The position numbers and the translations under genes were made by a program. Under the pieces are notes generated by a model. That model saw only the letters and a program-made list of their open reading frames with translations. It did not search any database and was not told the origin of the DNA. Shown here in pieces: positions 39,258-51,331 of a DNA stretch of 64,000 nucleotides; position 1 is the stretch's first letter; every line of letters starts with the position of its first letter. This DNA comes from Marsupella aquatica (lineage: Eukaryota > Plantae > Marchantiophyta), in contig OZ316892.1 of assembly GCA_973895155.1 (NCBI GenBank), forward strand, positions 20,521,519-20,585,518. Direction: 5' to 3'.

Positions 39258-39971
39258 ATGGATGGGCCTGTGTGCAGAGGTAAAACCACTATCCAAGAAG
39301 CAGAGATGGCTTCTGATGTGCCCAGGATTGACATATTTTCCCATAAGGAGCACCACCGCATGGACCCCCCTTGCTGTTTCTTTTGTGATGAGACAGACGA
39401 TGTGGTTTTCTGTGATGGGCCTTGTAGTAGACATTTTCACTTTGTCGGTGGAAAAGGTATGCATGGGCCTAATTGCACTCCTATCACATTGCCTGAAAAC
39501 AATGACTGGAGGGCACCTTGGGTTTGTACACTCTGTGCTGCTGGTAGAGCTAGATGCTTTGCTTGTGGCCTCATTGGCAGATTTGAACATCCCACAGCAG
39601 AAGAATCTCTTGTGCTCCATTGTGCCCACCCTGACTGTTTTTCTCATTACCACCCTGGTTGCCTTAGGGTGCTACTTATGGTTGGGGCACTGCCTGAGAG
39701 GTTTCATACAACAAAACCAAACAGCCTAATGTGCCCAAGGCATTTCTGTGAGTACTGTAAAGTCTACAAGGATGGTATTAAAGACTTTGTACAGTGTCAC
39801 AGGTGCCCTCAAAGTTGGTGTCATGATGAGAAACTTGGGGGAGTGAAACACCTCAGGAGGTGTGTGAAGGGCAGGGACCACTGGGATGTGGAAGGGTGGC
39901 GTTTCATTTATTGTCATAGGCATGCAATACCTGACGGGGAATTGGTTCCTGCACAGCCACATACCTCTTAG
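39258..39971 (+). CDS. EDM2/NSD-type composite PHD-finger protein (probably the last exon of a spliced gene)
   Basis: CFFC..VFCDGPCSRHFH..C..WVCTLC..CFACG..C..C..YHPGC..CPRHFCEYC..CHRCPQSW..C..W..IYCHRH follows the Cys/His order of the Arabidopsis EDM2 PHD cassette. An AG acceptor lies at about 39241 and an exon-like segment at about 39010-39150. Confidence 0.8.
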   Translation: MDGPVCRGKTTIQEAEMASDVPRIDIFSHKEHHRMDPPCCFFCDETDDVVFCDGPCSRHFHFVGGKGMHGPNCTPITLPENNDWRAPWVCTLCAAGRARCFACGLIGRFEHPTAEESLVLHCAHPDCFSHYHPGCLRVLLMVGALPERFHTTKPNSLMCPRHFCEYCKVYKDGIKDFVQCHRCPQSWCHDEKLGGVKHLRRCVKGRDHWDVEGWRFIYCHRHAIPDGELVPAQPHTS

Positions 39972-40236
39972 AGTTTCTGAAATTGGTAGAAATGCTTTGG
40001 TAGAGGGTTGGTACAAAGCAAACTTATTCACTAGACTAATTACATGTGAACTATGATCAACAAGATTTTGTTTGTGTTGGACTTCAACTTTTTTGATCAA
40101 AAGATTTTTGTAACTATTGTGGAGTAATGTCTAATATGCTTCATATCGTTTTGTTTATTGTGCTGTATGGCAGGTTCATTGTGTGACTGATTGTTTTCAG
40201 AACCCTTCATACTTTAACTTTAACAAATTGATTGAA

Positions 40237-43200
40237 ATGGCTACCCAGTTTGTAAAACTATTGCACAAGAAAAGAGATGTGGTGACTGATGGGAAAGATG
40301 AAGAACCTATAGCTGTGTTGGCCTTCAAAGAGGGACAAACTTTAGCTGATTTTTGAAGTCAAATTCCTGATTTGGTTGATTTTGATTTTGATTTCTGGGA
40401 TTATAGGCTTCCTGGTCGCATGAAAGTCAAGAGTGAGAAAATGACTGAGTTGTCTGAATTGGATGGGAAAGTTGCTGTCATTGAACAAATAGGATCCTTG
40501 CCGACTGGTAGAACACAGTTTCCATCAGTATCTCCTACTGTCACCCAATTGGCTGCAGTGGACTCTTCACAGGGTGAACAGCTTCATGAAGCTCCCCCTA
40601 TGAGAGCTTCTTTTGAGTCTCTTCTCATGTCTCAGTCGGCTGTCAAAGTCTGGAATGATGAATATATAAGACTAGAGAAGTGGATTCACAAGAATGGTTA
40701 TAAAGCTCATAATTGGAGAATTCGAACTTGGGATGAAGGACAGGATGTGAGAGGCCATCTGGAGTGTCTTGAGTGCAAAGTGATCTATGGGAGGGCAGAC
40801 AATTCACAAGATAAGAAGTCAATTGCTAATTTGTTCAGCAATTTTAAGACCAAGCACCTTGCCTTTGCTAAACACAAAGACAATTACTGCAGGAGAAGGG
40901 GCATTGCTATGACTGGGGTCAAGCCCTCAGATCTTGCACAGAAGCCTGAGTTTGATTATGAGGGGGCCATAGCAACTGGCCTAGAGATAGTCCAGACTCT
41001 GAATGTTGAGTGTGGAGGTGATGATGAGCTATTTCATGTGCCCCCTGTGCCTGGTGTAGCCAATAAGGCAAACAAGTGGTTCCTTTATAAGGTTCGTTGT
41101 AAAATCTGTGGGGCAATCATGGATTTGGTTTGTAAGAAAGGGACTTTGGACCACAACCTGAGGACACACTTGGTCAGTCGGGGTCATCTGGATGTAGTTG
41201 AAGCCAGAGAGAATACTACTGAACTTGCATTGAGATCTGGAAAGAGGGGCAGACCAAGGAAGCCAGATGAGAGGGATCAACATCCTTCACAGAATTCAAT
41301 TTTAAAATTCTTCAAGGAGGATGCTTCCAATGCAAGCACTAGCTCTGGCACAGGTGGGTCTATAGACATTGATGTGGGCTTAAGTTTGCTCTGTTGGGGA
41401 ATATGGGATGAATTTGTAGAGTGGAAGAATGTGAAATATGCTGTGAAAGGTATCTTGCATGATCAATGTGGTGGACATGTATGGGATTTAGATGTTGCAG
41501 CCTCTGTTCATGTCTACAATCCCATCACCAATTCTATTGTACATATAGAAGGACTATTTAGGCATAAACATTGCTGTAGGTTGTCCTTGTATGGTGGAGG
41601 GTTTCTGAACCTTACTTGCAGTAGATGTCATGCTATAACACTAGAAGATGACTTTCGTGGGCGGGTGCACAGGGAAGCGAAGGCTTTAGCAAAGAGAGGG
41701 GGAAGAAGCACAGAGGGTGGTTTGAATGCACGTTATTTGACACGTCCAGAGTTGACCACACAGATGCATGGTCTGAATGTCAAGAGAAGAAAGGAGAGAT
41801 GGTTGTTGGCACAACAAACTCAGAAAGTGTGTGCCCTTAGTACTAGGAAGAGAAAATTGCAGGAACTGTTAGGAGTAGCTGCAGACAGAAAAGATTTGAG
41901 ACTTTTTCTAAAAAATATTGTCAATGGTCATAGGAATGGTGCATTTGGTGGAAAAGAAGGTCTTTGGGATTTTTTGAAGGATGTAAGTAGAAATTTGGAG
42001 AGAAGTGCAAGGGGGTTTCGTTATAGTCAAAAAACAAAAGCCATAGCTCAGGCTATGTTTCAGTATGGGGGCCGACAGGTGGCCCATGTTTTTGCAAGAA
42101 ATTTAGCTGGGCCAAGCCTGAAGACATTGAAAAGAGATAGAGCAAAATTTGTGCAATTTCGTGCTGGAATTAGACCAGAAACATTCAAGGAGGTGGCTCG
42201 GATTTTCTCTGCTACAAAGGAGATGCTAGGAATTCAAGGCGATGTACCTGTCATGCTTGCAGAGGATGAAACTAGGATAAAGGAAAGCCCAAGGTATGTT
42301 TGTATATCATAGCATTTGAAGCTTATTTGTGATACATGTAGACTTTTTACTAATTCTTTATATCTGACTTACTTTTCATTGGGCTCTATGCAGGTGGGAG
42401 GCCAAGTATGACACTCTGATTGGTTTCTGTGGTCATAAGGATGAGCATACCTGTGAATTTGGACTGGAGATTCTTGTAGGTGACGGTGAGGATGGCTATA
42501 ATAAGATTGTAAATACATTTGAGGATTATAACAAGGGCATGTATGCTAGAGTTGTCATTGTCAATCCATTGCATGTTGGAATGCCAAAGTTGGCCCTCTG
42601 GGCTATATCTACCTGTAACAAGTTCAAGGCAGAATGGGTTCGAGAGCATTGGGTGCAATTAAAAGAATCTTGGGATGTGCACTGCAGAGACTTTGTAGGT
42701 CCTTTGCTTGGGCATGCTAGTGATGGTGATGCAAGACGTAGGAAATTGATGCTAGAAGACTATAGAGGAGCAAATGGCTCTTACCCTAGATTCTGTGTAG
42801 GGTGGGAAGGATGGCCATATTCAGTTGCCATATTGCCTAATGGGGACCTATACGGTTTTGGTGATCAAGACCAGCCTCACAATGGGAAAAAGTTGATTAA
42901 CCCACTAGATCGAGTGTCCTCAATAGTGGCACTTGGAGACCAACATGCTTCTTTGTTTCATGTTTGTAATGTGTACAATCGCTATGCAATTCATCAACAT
43001 GGATTAAATTGGGATGATGTCAACAGATCTGATCGTCAAAATTGGGCTGGTCCCCAAAGAATAGCATCCGAAAAGGTGCGTGATTGCTTAGCAGATCTGC
43101 ATGTAAGAACTGATCTGTCGTATGAGCGAAGTTTGGGGATAGAGTTGTATCTGCAGGTCTGTGCAGATTACATTGACATTTTCTACTCCCAAAGATATAA

Positions 43201-44786
43201 CCTGAGAACCAGAGTGAAGCTGGCAGGCAAAGTATCTTGGTTCTTTCGATTGTGGAGGTTGTGGTGATCATGCTGTTGGTGGAAATGTTGCTTCACATAC
43301 AGAGAAAAATATGATTTCAATCCAAGCTTTTCATGATGTTAATATGTCTTGTCAATTTGTTGTGTTGCTTGTGTGTGCATTTCGTGATAAGTTTTCTCAC
43401 TTGTGTATTCCATTTCATGAATTGGGTTCTGATTGTTGTGAGATCTTTTTCAGCAAGGTAGGTGGAATGAGTGGCCATGAGAGGAATTATGATTTTGGCT
43501 CTTTGTTGGATAGTGCTGTTGGGTTGAATCGTCTTGCTGGATTAGAATGTGGACCAGAGGGCTTAAAAGTAGCTCGCTCACATAAGAAGCAAGATCATGT
43601 GTGGGCCAAGCTTCATCCTTTACTTGAAGGTGAAGATGCACCTAATCTTTTTGATTACTCTGGAGTGCAAACTAATGAGTTGGTGGTTACAGCATTAAAA
43701 GAAGGATTCGAAGAAGCAAAAGAGTTGCTAAGAAGGTTACAAATGTCTCCCCGGAGTGATCTTCCAGCAGCAAGAAAGCGATGGTGGACTCACCCTTGGG
43801 ATGTGGAAGTTGAAACATGGCCAGATTCAGCTGTAATAGAAGAGGTAGTTGTTGCTGATGATTTTGAAGAGCACGTAGAGCACAGATCTCCAATTGGACC
43901 TCATCCAGAAGGAGAGTTTCATGAATTTGAAGGTCCTGAGGAAGATCTAAATCGAATTGATGCATGGTTGACAGATGAGTTAACCATTCCTGATGATGTT
44001 TTGCAGGATGGGGCTGAGTTAGACATACCAGAACCTCATTCTGTAGAGGTAGATACTTTGGGGCATGAGGTTCGTCATGTTCTATCTTCTGTTGTGGCTG
44101 AGCTTACAGAGTCTATTCAGAGCCCTGTGCAGGAAAAGAAGAAGGTTTTGCCTACAATTACCTATGAGGGCAAAACAATTTACAAATCAACTTTGGTGAG
44201 TCAACTAGTGGGCAATCCTCATTTGTCTAAAGATAGGCTAACAAGGGTGAAGCAAGTGGCATACTATAATCTTGGTAAGAGAAAAAAATGTGATCCAAAT
44301 ACTGTGACTTGTATTGTTGATGTTGGGAGTGATTGTGGAGTAGCTTTTGAAAGTGCTAATGATGCAGGCCCTTCTACAAGATCAAAGAAGGGGAAAGGTA
44401 AGGGAAGAGGTAAATCTAGGATTCAAGAGCCAGTAGTGCAAGCAAAGAAAGAATTTTGGTTTGGTCGGATTATGATGATGAGACAAAAAGTTAAGGGACA
44501 ATGGACTAGAGTGAGATCTGCTATTGATTTGCTTGACAGACCAACACCTCCTCATGGACACGAAGGGAGTATTTGTTAGTTCTTGTTCAATTGGTATAAG
44601 CCAACAAGCTCAAGCAAAGTTGAATTCACTTATGATACAACTGATTTACAATGGATTGATATAGAAATGGTGATGACTAATGTTACTCTAACCATGAAAC
44701 AAGGGATTGGTTTAGTGTATGTGTTAGATCGAGTTGATAAACAAGCTTTGGATACTTATTTGGAGACCATGTCTAGAGTTGAATGA
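40237..44786 (+). pseudogene. P-element/THAP9-like transposase with two N-terminal C2H2-like fingers
   Basis: Intron 42294-42393 (GT..AG) joins MLAEDETRIKESPR-WEAKYDTLIGFCG. Further motifs GHASDGD, DQPHNGKKLINPL and SDCCEIFFSKVGG parallel P-family DE/D/DxxH/QDxxExxFS. Stops at about 40354 and 44577, frameshift at about 43270. Confidence 0.72.
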
Positions 44787-44858
44787 TTTGCATGCATCAA
44801 TAGTCATGGTAGCGGTTTTAGTATGTACATGGGATAGGTTAGGGGAATAGGCTAGGGG

Positions 44859-44919
44859 GTGGCAGATTTGGATACTTGAGCTTCTTGCTCAATCAGGGGT
44901 TCAATTCCCCTCTGCCACG
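44859..44919 (+). ncRNA. tRNA-like structure lacking a D-stem (61 nt)
   Basis: 7-bp acceptor stem GTGGCAG/CTGCCAC; 5-bp T-stem AGGGG/CCCCT around a TTCAATT loop; middle hairpin TTGAGC-TTCTT-GCTCAA. Confidence 0.5.
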
Positions 44920-46408
44920 TACACTCACCATTCAGATTCTAGACTCAATTCCCTTTTGGTGTACCTATCTTTCACATGAGACAAGCATAGCAGATTGCAA
45001 ATATGAATAACTCATACTGTATATTGCTGAAGCTTCTACTAGAATTGGTATTCTTAGTGGAAGCATCAACACTATATACTATCAGTTTTCCATGAGATAT
45101 GGATGCCAAACCCGATGCCAAAGGAGCATGTTAGGTTTCAAATAAGCTTGGCAAAAACCCGAATAAGGTGCGCACTTGAATGAACTTTTCTTTTCTTACT
45201 AAGGGGTATTTAATTCACAACAAAACTTTACTTAACTATTTTTAGGGGTCAAAATGTTAGGATTTCCAATTCTTATAAGTATGATAGGGAAGGGGAAAAA
45301 ATATTTTTACTTAATAAGTTAGGGGTGCAAGGGTCCAAAACGTCGAGCGTGATATGGGGATCTCTGTATACTGAGGCCCCCGAGATACCAGATGGGATCC
45401 ATGGATCCCATCTAGTGGCCTCATTCATAATTGGGTATACCTCACAGGAACCACTTTTAGGACTCAAAAACATGTTTTTTTAGTGAAAAATGACTTTTGT
45501 AACATGGAAAAAGTTTCATCATGATTTTATCTCAAGACATTTAAGTCTAATTTTTTCACAAGACTATTTTACATGGTGTAACCTACCTCATCATGTAGAT
45601 AAATCAAGTTTTTAACTTTTTTAAGGGATCCTATTATTGATGGCCCTAAATAAGCCAAAATTACTTATTATTTTTGTCCTGTACATAAAGTTTTAGTGTG
45701 TGTCAATATTTGAGTTTTAAAATATAAGATTATTCTATTAGTATGCATGCCTTGGTAAAATTTCATTGTCTAAAATGCAAGTTTTAGAGTCCTTTCGAGT
45801 CCTGAAATGATGTGACTCGTTGCGTGACAAGTCCTTTTATCGATCTTTGAAGGACATATAAGGAAAGCTTCAAAGTCTCAAATGCTAGATAGTTTAATTA
45901 ATGTTACTAACCTACAGGATGTTTATTAAGTATAGTACATCAAATCTTGCATATCATCTCATTACACCTTACAAATGATGTCCTAAAGCATAATAAACTA
46001 TGGTCACTTCTGAGTGTGACGTTCCTTTTGGGTCCTCCAATTGTGAATGAGGCCTAGTATTCAACCTCTACATTTTGAAGTTTTTGCATCGCATACCTTG
46101 ATATTCCAGTTAGAAGACCAACTCGGATCCACGGCGACTTCCTCGAAAATCTACAATTTAAATTTCAGCATTCTTGGAAAAGACAGACTCTCACTTGAAA
46201 AAACCCTCGTACGGACCAATCAGGGAATGCCACGTGTACAATGCCCGCGAAAACCATAAAAGGAAGAGCTCGCATTTGTTTTTCATCTTCATTTCTCGTG
46301 ATTACTTTGAGGTTCGTTCACTATTGAGTAGTTGTTTTCATAGAATACTGTAATCTGAAGTATCTCTGTTGGATAGGAATATGTACTCCTATACAACCCT
46401 TGTTTTCT

Positions 46409-49400
46409 ATGGCGTCTTCAAGTGATGAGTCAATTTACAGTTCAGATGCATCTTCGCCAGATGTTGTACGAAAATTTATTCCATCTCGTTTGATGAATGA
46501 ATTACCAGCCTCACAGAGAGTAGTGCCAGAGATTTCATTTTCCTCCGAATCTGAGAAATCAGAGTCCGATTCAGAGTCTTGTAGGAGTGTTGTGGGTGCT
46601 CCGATTTCATACTATGTCTCTCCAAGTAAACCTCTTAAACGACGTCTACTTGTAAAAAAGCCTAATGTAGTTCCTACGACAGAGATAGTACCTGGTTCTC
46701 CGCGAACCCCGACAGATCTTCGAAGACGAAGGCCCCGGTTTTTAATGCCAAGAACAACGTTACCATGTAGGCCCGCCCGAAGATCTCCATTGGTTTTTCC
46801 AATGTCTCATTCTCCGGGAGTGAAGATAGCTGTGTCCAATGTTCAATCACAGTTTGAGCGAATGAGGAGTCCGAATGTGCCGGAATTGCAGGGAGGGGAA
46901 GCCTCGGAGCCAAATTTGGGGGGTCGAATACCAAGTGGGATCCGTGGATCCCACTTGGTATTCCCTACTCGAATGTTGAGAAATGGTGAACGCGAATTGC
47001 CTATTTCGTCTCCTTCAGTACCAAATTCCATGGGTCAAATACAAAGTGGGATCCATGGATCCCACTTAGTATTCCCTCGTGGTATTTTGCAGAATCCTGT
47101 GCCCGAGTCACCGGTCTTGCGGACTTCCAACCCGAGTTCCGATGGTGGAATGCGAAATGGGATACGTGGATCCCAGTTCGTATTGCGCAACGGAAAATTG
47201 CCAAGTCATGATGCAGAACAGCAAGTGGGAAAGTTTTCACTTCAAAGTCCCGAAGGACGAATACGAGTTGGGATCCATGGATCCCAATCGGTATTCCCAT
47301 CGGTTATTTCACCGAATGGTCAAACTAACAACATGGGGCTCCGAAGCCCTTTGGCGAGGATGCAGTGTGAGGTTTTTGGATCTTCCATTGGACGGCAAGT
47401 GCAGAACGAAAGAGGGAAGAGATCTAGTGTCCAGAAAATTCCTCGGAGATTGTTGCGAAGTGAGCTGCCAGAGAGAGGGCCCGAAAATTCAAGGGTACAT
47501 GCTAAATTGAAACTTGTCCAAAGATTATTCAATGGTCAAGATGAGCCCTCAAGTCGAGAAGAATCACCTAGGCTGGGATTACAGTCTCAAAGACAAGTGG
47601 GCGGTACTGCGACTGATGATGTGAATATCATTGGAAGATTTCAAACTAGAAATCTCCGAACACCTATTACATTTTCAGAAGACTCTAAAGAGAGATCAGA
47701 GGCGGCTGCAAATGACAGAGAGACTGCTATAATCTCAAATGTTGTTGAAGAGATCCTAGGATGTGAGATTGTTAATGAAACAGTTACAGAAAATGTGATG
47801 AGTGTAAACAACTCAACAGAAGATCTTTTTGTTTTGAATTCTAATTCACTAGAAAATAGTGGGGGGGGGTAAGTTCTCCCGACACTATTCAGGATAGAGT
47901 AGAGGTGACAAGACCCAGCAAAAAAATCAGAGATCAGATGATTAGAAAAGATAGACTTACCATTGCAAATCTAAAAAAACGCAAAATTAAAGATATTTTT
48001 AAGTATCCTTGTTGTGACAAGTTTTGCTTGAGGTCTCTGGGTCTAGAGGAATGCTCAAAACAACGCAAGTATTATTTTGGTCTTAAACACTTGCAGAAAA
48101 AATATTTTGCTACGAGGATGTATCATGAACAGTAGTAGTACTTCTCGTGGATATAGTGTAAATGGACAACCTATATGTAGAGGAGGATTCAAGAAACTAT
48201 ATTCTTTAGGTAATAATAGATTGGCAACAATCCATGCAAACATGTTTACAAGGATTGAACGAGATACCTTTTGTAAGGAAGACTCACCTTCATTTCTAAA
48301 CCTGGTGGAATGGTTGAAAGATTTTTTCCAAAAAAATATGGATAGTCTTCCCCATAAAGAGATTCATCACTTGCCAGACAATTGGACAAAGCAAGAGATA
48401 CATGGAATCTTTGAAGCTGAAACAATGTTGTGAGAAGAACAAGTTACATATTCTTATTTTTTGAGTGTTTGGAAAAAAAAGTTTCCAAATGTACGAATAC
48501 CTAAAAGGAGTCGATTTTCTACTTGTGGTCCTTGTACTGAATTCAAGGCTTTTCGGGACAAAGCAACAACTGAAGAGGATAAAAGTAAGCACCACTAACT
48601 ATAACCTTCAGCTTTAATTTGATGACATGTACTTCAATATTTGTCAAAGTTTATCCTTAGTTATTAATTTTTGATTCATTGTTATTGTATCATTTCAAGA
48701 AAGTACATCAATGCCCTTATGGAGCATCGAAAAGTACAATCATTGGAAAGGATGAAGTTAGCCAAGCATCGTAAAAAATGCTATGATGAACCCAACAAGT
48801 ATTTGGGTATTTGTATAGATGGTATGGATCAAAAGAAAACAGAGCTACCACATTTTCTTCGTTGTCCGAAGAATATGGATGAAAAATATTTCATTCCAAT
48901 ACATGTTGTAGGTTGTCTCATCTTCAACAGGAACCTTGCAGCAAAAGTATTTTTGACATATCCCAATATCCATAATGATGCAAACTTGACCATACATGTT
49001 ATTCAAAATGTATTGAATACATGGGATGGGACATTACCAAGAGTGTTATATCTTCAATTAGATAATACCACTAGGGAAAACAAGAATAAATTCTTGATGG
49101 CTTATCTTCACATGTTAGTAGATTTGAAGATTTTTGACAAGATTAAAGTGGGTTTCTTGTTGGTCGGTCATACACATGACCAGATAGATCAGATGTTTAG
49201 TAAATTTTCATCTAGGTTAAACAAGCACAAAGCATTTCGCTTGGAGACTCTTGAGGATATTATTCGACGAGCATATTCACCTGAAGCTTTGATCATATTT
49301 GTGCATGAAGTAGCCGATTTTCGAAAATTTGTTAATGAAACCGACCAGCCAAATGAGAAGGGAGTCTCAGGTAGAGTCTTGAGAGATCTCAATCTCATAA

Positions 49401-50293
49401 CTTTTCAAAGGCAATTCAGATTCAAACGAGTCATGGAGGATGGAAACGAAGAGACAACATTTCACGGGAAACATCTTTCCACGACCCAGGATTGGGGAGA
49501 TGCAGTGACATTTGTCAATTACATTCCAACTTCAAGAATGTGGGTTGCTGCACAAATGTCACTGAAGTCAGCAAAAGGTGTTGAGAGGGATGACATCCAT
49601 GATTCTTCCAATATAGATGGTGCGTTAACTACTCTGGTAAAATATGAAAAAGCTATTCAGGAAGGTTTCAATTACTTTGACAATGAAGACAAACTTTGGT
49701 GGATGAGCTTTTTTTAGAAACAAAAAGATATTATCAAAAACCACCTAGAGGAAGGTGAGTGGTTATTTGAGTGGGTTTGGCTGCAACAAAATCAAGGTGC
49801 AACACTTCGAAGGGTGAGAAATGATCTTGTTGAAGGTGTTGATCCAACTTTGGTTGACAAAGTTGCTGGACCACAGAGAATTATGTACTCCGGACCTCGA
49901 CGAAAGCAAGCTGAATTTGGAGATTTCAGAGATATGGAAGTTAACAATAAGTGGTCCATGATATGTGTAGCGGCACACAAGGATCCAGAAGGCAAGTTGT
50001 TTTGGATGGCAAAGGTGTCGAAGATTTTGACAAGAACTGCAGACATTCCTGAGAGAATCAAAATCACATGGTACACAACTGAGACAAGTGCTGAGTCTGC
50101 TATTGATGGGAAATATTTTCCAGAGAAAGATAATATATCTAATCGACTTCTCCAAGATGAACTAGTTTTATCATCAACAGCGGTGTATGCATACAACTTT
50201 GCACTTTTAAGTACTAATCAAATAGCAGCAAAAACTAAAAAGATTATAGAGTCTGCTATATTAGAGCAAGGTTCTTCACCTTCAGAGGATTGA
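46409..50293 (+). pseudogene. Sola1-like DDD transposase with a long disordered N-terminal extension
   Basis: CCDKFC, YSVNGQPICRGGFKKLY, RIPKRSRFSTCGPC, ICIDGMDQ, LYLQLDNTTRENKN, FLLVGHTHDQIDQMFS. Frame changes at homopolymers (about 47865 and 48097), stops at 48431 and 49715, probable intron about 48585-48698. Confidence 0.8.
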
Positions 50294-50304
50294 GATTGAT
50301 GTCC

Positions 50305-51219
50305 TTAAACAGGTACTACATGCATCAATTTTAGAATTTGATCTCGAATGAATTTTCTAAGGTTACATGCTCTTTTAGAGTTGTACCATTTTTCGGTAAA
50401 TAAAGACTGTGCATCAAGGCATTGTGTAATATGCCATTGAATTCTGATTTCGTCCATATTTTGAAGAACAAATAGACCACAATCTGAATTGTTTGGTTGT
50501 TGAGGTACCTGAGAAAGAATCTTAAAGTTAGTCCAAAGTGTTTAATAATTGAACTAAATAAAAGTTGAAATAACTTTTCAAATCCTTACCATTGGATTGT
50601 GAATCTCCACAACTCCCATTGGAACTTTTCCAAAAAATAATTCCCATTCCATTGTAAAATATCTGCAAATTATCATTCAAAGTTCTTAGTCCAAAGTGTT
50701 TATATTTATATACCACATAAATAATTTAAAATGGAAAACATATAATAGAATATATACATACCTGCTCAATATTGATCCAATTACATGGGTTGAGTGTAGA
50801 CCGGCAAGAGAGTCTAGATGATACATTTTGATCGAAGATTCAATCAGATCCAAACATATTACAACCAGACTCCAGTGCATGTTCATGTGAATTGGCATGA
50901 GAATGACCTCAATTTGGGAAAATGGTGGCTTGTAATAATTCCGCATCTTTTGAATTGAATCCATCAAGGTCTCAGCTGGTTCTGTTTCAATCCTTGAAAC
51001 AAGCCAAGGGTAAAAAAAAGAGGATAATGTGTTTACTGAGGGAGCCAGATCTCAATGTTCCTCGGTTATTAATTGTGGATAAAATTCCATTATTTCATCA
51101 CCCAAATATTGATCGGGTTCAAGTTGGCTCAATATTTTATTGTCCAAAAGAAACCCACTAGAAGGATTGTGTGAGAATCTATGTAGAACATATTTCAATA
51201 CAAAATCCTCCTTTGGTTC
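50305..51219 (-). pseudogene. Ulp1/SENP-like (C48) SUMO protease domain, three exons
   Basis: LEPDQYLGDEIMEFY, MPIHMNMHWSLVVI, HLDSL and VPQQPNNSDCGLFV give the His-Asp-Gln-Cys catalytic set. GT-AG introns at about 50663-50761 and 50510-50589. One in-frame TGA at 51052. Confidence 0.85.
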
Positions 51220-51331
51220 CTGCAAAGACATTACTTTGTGAAATAAGAACATAGTCCAATCATAATCTTCCTCAATATTTCACAAGTTTGGATCAATCGA
51301 TACAACATGAGAGAACTAATGAAACTAAAGT

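Larger units (their letters stand above)
36109..45384 (+). mobile_element. P-element-like DNA transposon (9276 bp) nested in the Sola-like element
   Basis: Perfect 8-bp TSD ATACCAGA (36101-36108, 45385-45392). Short TIR CCCGGGGTCCTCA vs reverse complement CTCGGGGGCCTCA (11/13). P-type transposase motifs. Confidence 0.8.

Noticed and set aside
44859-44919. Functional tRNA-Arg gene
   Set aside because: No D-stem or A-box and a non-standard anticodon loop; kept only as a tRNA-like structure.
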